From NCBI GenBank assembly GCA_016176335.1, contig JACOXI010000003.1, positions 322,477 through 386,476 on the forward strand: a DNA stretch of 64,000 bases, given 5' to 3'. This DNA is from Candidatus Daviesbacteria bacterium. Lineage in GTDB: Bacteria; Patescibacteriota; Microgenomatia; Daviesbacterales; UBA10151. Below the pieces are notes generated by a model. That model was not told the DNA's origin and did no database searches. It saw nothing but the letters and a program-made list of their open reading frames with translations. Made by a program: the position numbers and the translations under genes. Of the stretch, positions 48,323 to 57,658 are shown one piece after another (position 1 is the stretch's first letter; every line of letters begins with the position of its first letter).

Positions 48323-49327
48323 ATGCGTATTTTAGTGACCGGAGGAGCAGGTTTTATTGGATCTAACCTTATCCATTATTGGTTAAAAAATCATCCGGAT
48401 GATCAAGTTGTCAATCTTGATGCTTTAACTTACGCTGGACATCTGGAAAGTTTAACAGATGTCGAAAATAACCCCAATTATAAATTTATCAAAGGAGATA
48501 TTACGGATCAGAAAATAGTTTCGGATGCCATGAATGGTGTGGATATTGTTATACATTTTGCGGCGGAGTCTCACGTTGACAGATCGATAATTGATCCTTT
48601 GCAGTTTGTCAAAACCAATATTTTGGGAACGGCTGTTTTATTGAATGCGGCAGTGGAAACAGAGGTTAAAAGGTTTCATCATATCTCAACAGATGAGGTG
48701 TATGGAGAGCTTGGCCCAAATGATCCGCCATTTGGTGAGAAAAATGCTTATGCTCCCAGGACCCCTTATGCCGCATCAAAGGCAGGTTCGGATCATTTGG
48801 TACGTGCATATCATCAAACTTACGGTTTACCAGTAACCATTAGTAATTGCGCCAATAACTTTGGTTCTTACCATGATCCGGAGAAATTGATCCCGCGCTT
48901 TATTACCAATCTTTTGGAGGGTAAAAGAGTGCCATTGATGGGTAAAGGAGAAAATATCAGAGAATGGTTGCACGTTTTAGATCATGCTGCGGCCATTGAT
49001 TTGGTATTAAAAAAGGGTGAGATTGGTGAGACTTATCTTATTCAAGGTGAGGAAAAAACCAATTTGGAAATAACACAAATGATACTTAAGATTTTGGGGC
49101 TTGGTGAGGATATGATTGAGTTTGTTGAGCATAGGTTAGGGCATGATTTCCGTTATGCAATTGACGGATCAAAACTTAAATCTTTGGGGTGGGAAAGAAA
49201 ACACAGTCTGGAAGAAGATTTACCTATTGTTGTTTCTTGGTATAAAGAAAATGAATGGTGGTGGAAACCCCTAAAAGGTAATCGGCCAAATGTAGACAGA
49301 GTTGCCCAAAAATCATACAATCAATGA
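48323..49327 (+). CDS. rmlB: dTDP-glucose 4,6-dehydratase
   Basis: D.LTYAG, HFAAESHVDRSI, ISTDEVYG, YAASKA, R.GHD.RYA. Confidence 0.95.
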   Translation: MRILVTGGAGFIGSNLIHYWLKNHPDDQVVNLDALTYAGHLESLTDVENNPNYKFIKGDITDQKIVSDAMNGVDIVIHFAAESHVDRSIIDPLQFVKTNILGTAVLLNAAVETEVKRFHHISTDEVYGELGPNDPPFGEKNAYAPRTPYAASKAGSDHLVRAYHQTYGLPVTISNCANNFGSYHDPEKLIPRFITNLLEGKRVPLMGKGENIREWLHVLDHAAAIDLVLKKGEIGETYLIQGEEKTNLEITQMILKILGLGEDMIEFVEHRLGHDFRYAIDGSKLKSLGWERKHSLEEDLPIVVSWYKENEWWWKPLKGNRPNVDRVAQKSYNQ

Positions 49328-49330
49328 AGA

Positions 49331-49879
49331 ATGAGTGATTTTGTGAAGACTACTTCCATCCCCGGGGTGTTAAAACTTGAGAGACCTACTCATCAAGATG
49401 AGCGCGGATTTTTCAGAGAAATTTTCCATTTAGATGAGTTGGAGCAAGTTTTGGGCTGGCAGTTTAAGCCGGTTCAATGGAATCACTCCAGATCAAAACC
49501 AAAAGTTTTGCGGGGTCAGCATGCGGAAAACTGGAATAAGTTAATTTATCCGGTAACGGGGGAGGTATTTGCTTCTGTTTTGGATATCAGGTCAGATTCG
49601 GCAACTTTCGGAAAAGTTGAAACTTTTCAATTTGACGGTACAAATAGATTTGCGCTTTTTGTACCCAAAGGGATGGCAAACTCTTTTTGTGTAACAGGAG
49701 ATGAGGATGTAAATTATTTGTATTTGGTAGATAGCTACTATGATGGTTCTGATACAACCGCAATTGCCTGGAATGATCCTGATATAAAGATTGTATGGCC
49801 AATAAATGATCCGATAATTTCTGAAAGAGATAAAAATAATCCTAAGCTGCGTGATCTATTTCCCGAAAAATTTAAATGA
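49331..49879 (+). CDS. rmlC: dTDP-4-dehydrorhamnose 3,5-epimerase
   Basis: DERGFFRE, Q.NHS.S...VLRG.H, DIR..S.TFG, WNDPDI.I.WP. Confidence 0.9.
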   Translation: MSDFVKTTSIPGVLKLERPTHQDERGFFREIFHLDELEQVLGWQFKPVQWNHSRSKPKVLRGQHAENWNKLIYPVTGEVFASVLDIRSDSATFGKVETFQFDGTNRFALFVPKGMANSFCVTGDEDVNYLYLVDSYYDGSDTTAIAWNDPDIKIVWPINDPIISERDKNNPKLRDLFPEKFK

Positions 49880-50751
49880 AGAAACTATTAATTTTTGGCG
49901 GTAGCGGCTTGGTTGGCTCCAAATTTATAGAAAGCCACAACCAAACTTTTGAAATTAACGCCCCTCCCGCCAAAGAAGTAGATATTTTAAACAAAAATCA
50001 AATCTTAAAAGCGTTGGAGGATTTAAATCCCGACTCGGTTATAAATTTTGCAGCTTATACAAATGTTGAGCAAGCAGAAGAACAAACAGAAGATAAAGCG
50101 GGTGTTTGTTTTCAAATAAATGCAATGGGCGCAAAAAATGTAGCAGATGCTTGTCGCATTTTGGATAAACATCTACTCCATATTTCTACAGAATATGTGT
50201 TTGATGGAACAAAAGCGGAGAGGCCTTATGTAGAAGAGGATAAGCCAAACCCTATAAATTGGTATGGACACACAAAGTATTTTGGGGAGCAATTTGTTTT
50301 AGGAAGTGGATGCAAATCGTCAATTGTCAGAATTTCTATGCCTTACTCTGCATATTATGAATTTAAAAAAGATGTTGCCAGATTTTTTCTTGAGCAACTT
50401 AAATTAAAAAATCCGATTAGAGCAGTGGTAGATCAATTAATAACTCCTACACTGGTTGATGATATAGCAGACGCATTGTCAGAAATTGTCAAAAAAAGAC
50501 TTGAGGGAGTTATTAATGTATCATGTAAAAGTTCAACCACGCCATTTGATTTTGCAAAAACAATTGCGAAAGTGTTTGGTTTGAATGAATCTTTAGTCAA
50601 TAGCATCAGTCTGACGGATTATAACTTAAATAAAAAAGCCAAGATGTTGAAAAATTCAGCCCTCGATCCTTCCAAGTTTGATTCCCTTTTCCCTGGCGTT
50701 TTGCATACTTTGGATGAAAGTGTAAATTTATTCAAGGTAGTTGTTGAATAA
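49876..50751 (+). CDS. rmlD: dTDP-4-dehydrorhamnose reductase
   Basis: GGSGLVG, AAYTNVE.AE, ISTEYVFDG, YGHTK..GE, DQ..TPT. Confidence 0.9.
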   Translation: MKKLLIFGGSGLVGSKFIESHNQTFEINAPPAKEVDILNKNQILKALEDLNPDSVINFAAYTNVEQAEEQTEDKAGVCFQINAMGAKNVADACRILDKHLLHISTEYVFDGTKAERPYVEEDKPNPINWYGHTKYFGEQFVLGSGCKSSIVRISMPYSAYYEFKKDVARFFLEQLKLKNPIRAVVDQLITPTLVDDIADALSEIVKKRLEGVINVSCKSSTTPFDFAKTIAKVFGLNESLVNSISLTDYNLNKKAKMLKNSALDPSKFDSLFPGVLHTLDESVNLFKVVVE

Positions 50752-50779
50752 CTTTAGAAAATCCGATATAGTTACGATT

Positions 50780-51793
50780 ATGGCAGGTAAAAAAGCTTTC
50801 ATCACAGGAATCTCCGGACAAGACGGATCATATTTAACGGAATTTTTATTGGATAAGGGCTACGAGGTGGCAGGGTTGGTCAGAAGAAATGCTTTGGCGG
50901 AATTGGGTAATATTGAGAAATTTAAAGAGGAGGTTAGAATTTACTTCGGGGATTTGCAATTTCCCGAGTCCATTGTATTGGCCTTGTATGATTTTAAACC
51001 TGACGAAATTTATAATTTGGCATCTCTTTCTTCTCCCCTTTCGTCTTTTTCAGACAAATTCGCATCAATAATGGTGACCGGAGTTGGGGCTTTGCATGTA
51101 TTTGAGAGAGCCAAACAGATTGTACCGGATGCAAAAATTTATCAGGCTTCAACCTCCGAAATGTTTGGAGCGCCAAAACAGGTTCCCCAAAATGAAGATA
51201 CCCCGCTTTCTCCCGCAAACCCATACGCGGCAGCCAAAGAGTATGCTCACAGGATGGCTGTAATTGCGAGGCAAGACAAAAATCAGCCGCAATTTATTGC
51301 CTGCGGAATTCTGTTTAATCATGAGAGCCCGCGTCGCGGATTAAATTTTGTGACCAGGAAAATTTCTGCCGCGGTTGCCTGTATTAAAAACGGCAGAAAG
51401 GAAGGGATCCCGTTAAATGAAATGGGTGAACCGATTGTTAAAAACGGCAAATTAAAATTGGGGGATTTGAATGCAAAAAGAGACTGGGGGTATGCACCGG
51501 ATTATATCGAGGCAATGTATAAGATCATGCAACAAAAGATTGCTGATGATTTTGTAGTAGCGACAGGTGAGGTACACACTGTCGAGGATTTTGCCAAAGA
51601 GGCTTTTGAGGTTGTGGATTTAAATTATAACGATTATGTTGAGACAGATCCTCACTTTGTCCCGCCTATTCAAACAGGTCCTTTACACGGTGATGCGAGC
51701 AAAGCCAAAAAAGTTTTAGGTTGGGAACCAAAAACAAAATTTTCAGATCTTGTCAGAATAATGGTTCACGCTGATCTTGCTAAATTTTCCTGA
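50780..51793 (+). CDS. gmd: GDP-mannose 4,6-dehydratase
   Basis: ITGISGQDGSYL, YQASTSEMFG, GILFNHESPRRG..FVTRKI, RDWGYA. Confidence 0.93.
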   Translation: MAGKKAFITGISGQDGSYLTEFLLDKGYEVAGLVRRNALAELGNIEKFKEEVRIYFGDLQFPESIVLALYDFKPDEIYNLASLSSPLSSFSDKFASIMVTGVGALHVFERAKQIVPDAKIYQASTSEMFGAPKQVPQNEDTPLSPANPYAAAKEYAHRMAVIARQDKNQPQFIACGILFNHESPRRGLNFVTRKISAAVACIKNGRKEGIPLNEMGEPIVKNGKLKLGDLNAKRDWGYAPDYIEAMYKIMQQKIADDFVVATGEVHTVEDFAKEAFEVVDLNYNDYVETDPHFVPPIQTGPLHGDASKAKKVLGWEPKTKFSDLVRIMVHADLAKFS

Positions 51794-51811
51794 TTTCCCT
51801 ACAATCACAGC

Positions 51812-52996
51812 ATGCGCAAAGTTTCGGTAGTACTTCCCACTTTTAACGAAAAAGCAAATATAGAAAAAACTGTGGAAAAAGTTTTTGAACAGGAAAAAAA
51901 CTTACCAGATTGGGAAATCCACATTGTGATTGCGGATGACATACGTTCTTCCGACGGAACGGAAGAAATTGCCAAAAAACTTGCAAGAAAAAATCAAAAA
52001 ATACACTTTATAAAAGTTGACCCGGGCCTTGGAGTAGGACTTATTAAAGGTCATCAATTTGCAATAGAAAAAATCAAGCCTGATATTTTGGCACAACTTG
52101 ATGCGGACGGACAGGTTGTTCCGGATGTTTTGGTGAAACTGGTTACTACCATTCAGGAAGGATATAATTTGGTAATTGGATCCAGGTTTGTTACGGGAGG
52201 GAAAAATCAATTATCGCTGGCAAGAAAAATTTTTACATCAGGGGCATCCCTTTTTTGCAGAATGGTGATAGGACCCTCCGACATTAAAGAATTTACAAAT
52301 TCTGCCAGGGCTTTTACACCAGCTCTTTTTGAGAAAATAAATTTAAACAGACTGCCCTGGAGAGAAAGGACTTTTATTGTCCAGCCCGCCTTTTTGCATG
52401 AGGCAATTTTGGCAGGAGCAAAATATAAAGAAGTACCCTTAATTTTTAAAAATCGCTTAGAGGGTTACTCCAAAAATAAAGTCTTCAATTATACTTATGA
52501 CATTATTACTTATGGCATTGATGTAAAACTTCGAAGTCTGGGATTTCATGTCAGGTTTTTTTATTTTTCCCGCAGGGTCAAAACTTTGGTCAAATTTTCT
52601 TTGGTTGGATTTGTAGGAACAGTGGTAGATTTCTTCTTCTACAAAATGTTCATTAACGCTTTAGGTTTACCTCCCGCCACCTCAAAGGGAATCTCAACAG
52701 AAATTGCCATTATTAATAATTTTATTTTAAATAATTATTGGACATTCAGGTATAGAAAGACTAAAACCAGAATTTGGCAAAAGCTGGGAATTTTTAACCT
52801 GGTCTCATTAGGAGGATTGGTGATAGGAGTTTTAATAGTTAAGTATTTACATTTAACATTTGGGGATGGATTTATAAATGTTTTTGGTAGGCCAGTTGCC
52901 TACAACAATTTTTACTTTTTTGCCACTATTCCCCCTGTTATGCTTTGGAATTTTATCGTTAACCACTTCGTAACATGGCGTCACCAGGAAGATTAG
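51812..52996 (+). CDS. GT2 polyprenol-phosphate sugar synthase (Dpm1-like) fused to a GtrA-like flippase domain
   Basis: PTFNE, DD..S.DGT, DAD, GSRF; C-terminal KFSLVG..GTVVD and NNFILNNYWTF. Confidence 0.87.
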   Translation: MRKVSVVLPTFNEKANIEKTVEKVFEQEKNLPDWEIHIVIADDIRSSDGTEEIAKKLARKNQKIHFIKVDPGLGVGLIKGHQFAIEKIKPDILAQLDADGQVVPDVLVKLVTTIQEGYNLVIGSRFVTGGKNQLSLARKIFTSGASLFCRMVIGPSDIKEFTNSARAFTPALFEKINLNRLPWRERTFIVQPAFLHEAILAGAKYKEVPLIFKNRLEGYSKNKVFNYTYDIITYGIDVKLRSLGFHVRFFYFSRRVKTLVKFSLVGFVGTVVDFFFYKMFINALGLPPATSKGISTEIAIINNFILNNYWTFRYRKTKTRIWQKLGIFNLVSLGGLVIGVLIVKYLHLTFGDGFINVFGRPVAYNNFYFFATIPPVMLWNFIVNHFVTWRHQED

Positions 52997-54162
52997 TTGA
53001 AAGGAGCAAGATTTGGTATTGAGGCTACGTTTTGGATAATGAAATTTTGGGAATATAAATAAATTGCCAAAGCAATAATAGGTAAAATAATTTTAAACTC
53101 TTTTGAAGTTAAGACTTTTTCAAAAGCTATCAGTACAAACGGTGTTATGGGTAATAAGTATCTGCTGATGTCGCGGTGGGCTATTAATGTAGAGGCCGCA
53201 AGATAGGTTAAAACAAAGAATGCCAAAGGATATAATTTTTGTTTTATCAACAGCACCCCGCCTAAAAACCCCAATATAAAAATGTAAACTATATCTTCAA
53301 GCCAGATATCCCCGACCCAAAATTGACCCTTGTTGAAAACCTGGAAGGGAGGAAAGGTCAGATGAATATTATCCCCGCTATGAAAGTATGCCCAAAAATC
53401 CCCATATGTTTGGCTATATAAATAAAATATTCCCCAAAGTCCTATGAGGATAAGAATAAGGGGGAAATATCTTAAGTGATCAAGATATGCTTTTTTAAAC
53501 CCGACGATTTTGGATTGTATATAAAATTTATAGTGGATATATAGTGCCAGGGCTAAAAATAGCAATATTCCGGGGGGTCTGGTTATTTGGGCCAGTAGTC
53601 CAAATATGGCAGAGATCCAAATATAGTAAGTATTTGAATATTTTTCGAACTTTAAGAAAAAATAAATAGATGTAATGACAAAAAAAATAAAGACTGGTTC
53701 GGCAGATCCGACCGAGTGGATGATCACCCATCTTGCCGGTAGAAACAAAAATAGAATGGATAAAAACAGTGGTTTGTTACTTAATTTAAAATCTTTTACC
53801 AAAAAGTAGAATGCCCAGCTTGAGAGAATGGTAAATATCAAAGAGACTACAAGCATTGATTTCAAAAATCCCAAAAGCGGTGCAAAAATTAGTATCAATA
53901 GAGAATAACCGGGAAAGTGAGCAGCATAGTAATTTGCAGGAAGCGACTGGGGTATTTGGGCAACAAGATTAGGGTTGTAAAAAGATTTGGCAATGACAAT
54001 ATATTCCAATCCGTCAAAGTTGTTATAGATTGTGGAAAAACCTTTTGAAAAATTTAAGCCCCAAAAATTGGGAAGGGATAAAATGTGGGGTAGCCAGATT
54101 AGAAGGGTGGCGAGAGAAACGGTAAAAGCGAGGACTAACAGATTAGATATTGTTTTGTTCAT
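52993..54162 (-). CDS. GT-C membrane glycosyltransferase (PIG-V/mannosyltransferase-like)
   Basis: FDGLEY..IA..Y, AHFPGY, SAEPVF, TRPPG, ISRY. Confidence 0.72.
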   Translation of the reverse strand: MNKTISNLLVLAFTVSLATLLIWLPHILSLPNFWGLNFSKGFSTIYNNFDGLEYIVIAKSFYNPNLVAQIPQSLPANYYAAHFPGYSLLILIFAPLLGFLKSMLVVSLIFTILSSWAFYFLVKDFKLSNKPLFLSILFLFLPARWVIIHSVGSAEPVFIFFVITSIYFFLKFEKYSNTYYIWISAIFGLLAQITRPPGILLFLALALYIHYKFYIQSKIVGFKKAYLDHLRYFPLILILIGLWGIFYLYSQTYGDFWAYFHSGDNIHLTFPPFQVFNKGQFWVGDIWLEDIVYIFILGFLGGVLLIKQKLYPLAFFVLTYLAASTLIAHRDISRYLLPITPFVLIAFEKVLTSKEFKIILPIIALAIYLYSQNFIIQNVASIPNLAPFN

Positions 54163-54200
54163 TTAATTAATTATACAGGAAAATATGCTAAACTTGAAAA

Positions 54201-56381
54201 GTGAATCATCTAAAATCCCTCTCTACGAAATCGCTATCTGTATTTTTCCCTCTATATAATGAGGAAGGAAATGTGGAAATTCTGGTTGAAAAAGCCTTAA
54301 AAGTCTTGGAGGGATTAAAACTTAAAGATTATGAAATACTTCTTATAAATGATGGCTCAACAGACAACACCGGAAAAGTTGCAGATAAGTTGGCTGTTGG
54401 GAATCGAAAAATTAGAGCTATTCACCACCAGAAAAATTTAGGTTACGGTGAGGCCTTAAAGAGTGGATTTTATAATGCAAAATTTGATCTGATTGTTTAT
54501 ACGGATGGGGATGGACAGTTTGATTTTTCGGAAGTCACCAAATTTTTGGAAACAATTGAAGACTATGATTTATTGATTGGATACAGGATTAAAAGGCAGG
54601 ACCCTATTTTTCGAATTCTCTTTAAAAAAGGCTGGACACTCTCTCTTTGGATAATGTATCAGCTAACCTTAAGAGATGTTGATTGTGGTTTTAAGATGAT
54701 CAAGCGGGAAGTACTGGAAAAAATTCCCAACCTGGAATCTCAAAGAGGTGCAATGATCAATGCCGAGATTGCCATAAAGGCTAAAAAGTATGGCTTCAGG
54801 GTTGGTCAGATCGGAGTGAGCCACTATCCAAGATTATCCGGCAAGCCGACAGGTGCAAGCTTAAAAGTGATCGTTCGTTCGTATGTTGATCTTTTAAGGC
54901 TTTGGTGGAAATTAAAAGATCAAAAATATGTTCTTATATTGCTTTTTTTAACTCTCGCGCTGGCAACATCCTTTCGTTTCTATAGGATTGATGCTTATAT
55001 GACTTTTTTGGGAGATGAAGGAAGGGATGCTCTTATTATGAAAAGAATGCTTTCGGGAGATTTTCCTCTGATCGGTCCTCCTACATCTTTTGGGAATATA
55101 TATTTGGGTCCGCTGTACTACTATATGATGTTTGTTCCAATGGTTCTGACTGGTTTTAATCCGGTTTCGGCAGCGGCCATGAATGCTTTAATAGGTCTTT
55201 TAACTGTCGGGTTTATCTATTATCTTGGCAAAATTTGGTTTGGAAGAATTTCGGGACTGATTGCAGCGTTCCTTTATGCCATATCTCCGGTGACAATAAT
55301 TTATTCCCGTTCGTCCTGGAATCCTAATCCCGCACCTTTTTTTGCCCTGCTGGGAATTTTTAGTTTATATAAACTAAACAAAGGTGGAAATTTCCGTTGG
55401 CTTATTGCAACAGGCGCATCATTTGCAGCTGCTTTACAGATGCATTATCTGGCTATAATTTTAACTCCTATTGGGGCTTTCTTGTGGTTACATGAAATCT
55501 GGTACAGATCTTCAAAGAAGATGCACATTAAAAATTTATTTTCAGGAACATTGCTTGGGATAATTTCTTTTCTTGCAGTTATGTCACCGCTTTTTATTTT
55601 CGATTTAAGACACAATTTTTTAAACTACAGGGCAATCACAACTCTTTTTTCACAAAGCTCTGCTGTTGGTTGGGATATCATTCCGAATATAGTAAGGATT
55701 CCCTCTCTTTATTCTTATAATTTGATCGGAAGATATATGACGGGGGAAAATTACTTATTGCAAGTTATACTTACTGTTTTAATTATTATTCCTTTTGTCA
55801 GGAGAAAAACTTTAAACTGGCCGATTTTGGCTTTGGGAGTATGGTTAATTGTTGGTCTTTTCGGGATTTCCTTTTATCAGCAGAGCGTTTATGATCATTA
55901 CTTGGGGTTTTTAAACCCTGCCCCGTTTTTACTTTTCGGGTCTCTGGCTAACCTTAAATTAGGTTTTCGTAAACTGATATATGTTGTACTTTTCATATTA
56001 GTAATTGCTTTGACTTGGGTAAATTTGCAGAAAAATCCTCAACTTAATCCTCCAAACAGGCAGCTTAAAAGGACGCAAGATGTGGCAAAATTTATAATTA
56101 ATCAAGCAAAGGGTGAGGATTTTAACTTTGCACTACTGGCGAAAAATAATTATGATTCAGCTTATTCATTTTATCTTGGGGAATATGGTCACAAACCAAA
56201 GAACGTGCCGTTTGAAAAAACAGATCAATTATTTGTAGTTTGTGAAGATCCTTGTGATCCCATATATTCTCCAAAATATGAGATTGCCGCGTTTGGCTGG
56301 ACGCTTGTTGAAAGAGAATGGGATTTTGAGGGTATTCAAATATATAAGCTTATTCATAATCCGGAGGAATTAAAACAATGA
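54201..56381 (+). CDS. GT2 polyprenol-phosphate sugar synthase fused to a GT-C transferase
   Basis: PLYNEE, NDGSTD, GYG.AL, DGDGQ, DVDCGFK; then FLGDEGRD, YLGPLYYY, SWNPN. Confidence 0.88.
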   Translation: MNHLKSLSTKSLSVFFPLYNEEGNVEILVEKALKVLEGLKLKDYEILLINDGSTDNTGKVADKLAVGNRKIRAIHHQKNLGYGEALKSGFYNAKFDLIVYTDGDGQFDFSEVTKFLETIEDYDLLIGYRIKRQDPIFRILFKKGWTLSLWIMYQLTLRDVDCGFKMIKREVLEKIPNLESQRGAMINAEIAIKAKKYGFRVGQIGVSHYPRLSGKPTGASLKVIVRSYVDLLRLWWKLKDQKYVLILLFLTLALATSFRFYRIDAYMTFLGDEGRDALIMKRMLSGDFPLIGPPTSFGNIYLGPLYYYMMFVPMVLTGFNPVSAAAMNALIGLLTVGFIYYLGKIWFGRISGLIAAFLYAISPVTIIYSRSSWNPNPAPFFALLGIFSLYKLNKGGNFRWLIATGASFAAALQMHYLAIILTPIGAFLWLHEIWYRSSKKMHIKNLFSGTLLGIISFLAVMSPLFIFDLRHNFLNYRAITTLFSQSSAVGWDIIPNIVRIPSLYSYNLIGRYMTGENYLLQVILTVLIIIPFVRRKTLNWPILALGVWLIVGLFGISFYQQSVYDHYLGFLNPAPFLLFGSLANLKLGFRKLIYVVLFILVIALTWVNLQKNPQLNPPNRQLKRTQDVAKFIINQAKGEDFNFALLAKNNYDSAYSFYLGEYGHKPKNVPFEKTDQLFVVCEDPCDPIYSPKYEIAAFGWTLVEREWDFEGIQIYKLIHNPEELKQ

Positions 56382-57106
56382 AATTGTCTGTTGTAATACC
56401 TGCATATAATGAGGAAGGAAATCTTAAGAAAGGGGTTTTGGAGGGGGTTGAAAAATATTTGAAAGGGAAAGATTATGAGGTAATTATTGTTGATGACGGT
56501 TCAGCAGATGAAACAAGGAAGATAGTAAAAAAATATATATCCAAAAATGAGAACTTTAAGTTAATTGAGAATTCTCACGGTGGGAAAGCAATGGCGGTGA
56601 TGACCGGGATGTTGGCAAGTAAGGGAGAGGTAATTTTATTTACCGATATGGATCAGGCAACACCGATAAAGGAATGGGATAGATTTTCTCCTAAATTTGA
56701 GCAAGGTTATGATTTGGTGATTGGTTCCCGCAGGGGGAGGAAAGGAGCGCCCATGGTGAGAAAACTGGCAGCTTGGGGGTTTTCCGTTCTTCGTGGAATA
56801 ATTTTAGGTCTGCCATTTTCCGATACCCAATGTGGATTTAAAGCTTTTAATAGAAAATCAATTGAAAAAATTATTCCAAAGATTAAGGATGAGTGGGGAG
56901 TGGTGCACTTTAGGGGGGGAGCTGTTAATGCCGGATTTGATGTCGAGCTATTATATCTTGCCAAGAAATACGGCTTTAAGGTTGCAGAGGTTGATGTTGA
57001 GTGGAACTATGTTGATACCGAAAGAGTACAGGTTATCAAAGATGCCCTGGCAGCAATATATGATATGCTCCGAATTAGAATTAATGATTTATCAGGTAAA
57101 TATTAA
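56378..57106 (+). CDS. GT2 polyprenol-phosphate glycosyltransferase (Alg5-like)
   Basis: PAYNEE, DDGS.D, GK..AV..G, DMD, DTQCGFKAF, FDVELL. Confidence 0.88.
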   Translation: MKLSVVIPAYNEEGNLKKGVLEGVEKYLKGKDYEVIIVDDGSADETRKIVKKYISKNENFKLIENSHGGKAMAVMTGMLASKGEVILFTDMDQATPIKEWDRFSPKFEQGYDLVIGSRRGRKGAPMVRKLAAWGFSVLRGIILGLPFSDTQCGFKAFNRKSIEKIIPKIKDEWGVVHFRGGAVNAGFDVELLYLAKKYGFKVAEVDVEWNYVDTERVQVIKDALAAIYDMLRIRINDLSGKY

Positions 57107-57144
57107 CCCTGTTAGATTTTTTGATAATGTGGTAATTTAATCAA

Positions 57145-57657
57145 ATGAGCGATTCAACTGATGTATGTCCTAAATGCGGTGCTCCCTTGGGAAATGTTAC
57201 AGAAACACAAAGCGGAAAAAAGCTACAAAAGTGTTCTAAGGGTTTTTGGAATAAAGAAGAGAGAAGAAATGAGGGTTGTGATTATGTTAAGTGGTTGCAA
57301 GTTGAACCTCAAGAATTAGATGAAAAATGCCCCAAGTGTGGTAATAATTTAATTTTGCAGGTTACCCGTTTTGGCAAGAAGTTGAAGAAATGCTCAACCG
57401 GGGGGTGGGATAAAGAAGCCAAAAAAGCTACAGGGTGTGACTTCGTAGAATGGATTACAGGCAAAACAGAACCTTTGGGTGTAGATTGTCCAACTTGCGG
57501 GGAGAAATTAGTTTTATTTACAACAGCAAATGGAAAGAAGATGGAGAAATGTTCAACATCAGGATGGGATTCTAAAGAGAAAAGACCAACAGGTTGTACT
57601 TACATTAGATGGTTAAAGCCAGGGGAGACACCTATACCTTCAAAATCAGGAGGATAG
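57145..57657 (+). CDS. Stand-alone triple C4 zinc-ribbon protein (topoisomerase I C-terminal repeat-like)
   Basis: Three ~54-aa repeats CP.CG...GKK..KCS...W.......GC....W. Confidence 0.82.
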   Translation: MSDSTDVCPKCGAPLGNVTETQSGKKLQKCSKGFWNKEERRNEGCDYVKWLQVEPQELDEKCPKCGNNLILQVTRFGKKLKKCSTGGWDKEAKKATGCDFVEWITGKTEPLGVDCPTCGEKLVLFTTANGKKMEKCSTSGWDSKEKRPTGCTYIRWLKPGETPIPSKSGG

Positions 57658-57658
57658 A

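Noticed and set aside
54254-56422. 19-nt identity ATATAATGAGGAAGGAAAT between two GT2 genes
   Set aside because: Encodes the conserved YNEEGN motif with mostly two-fold codons; plausible by chance
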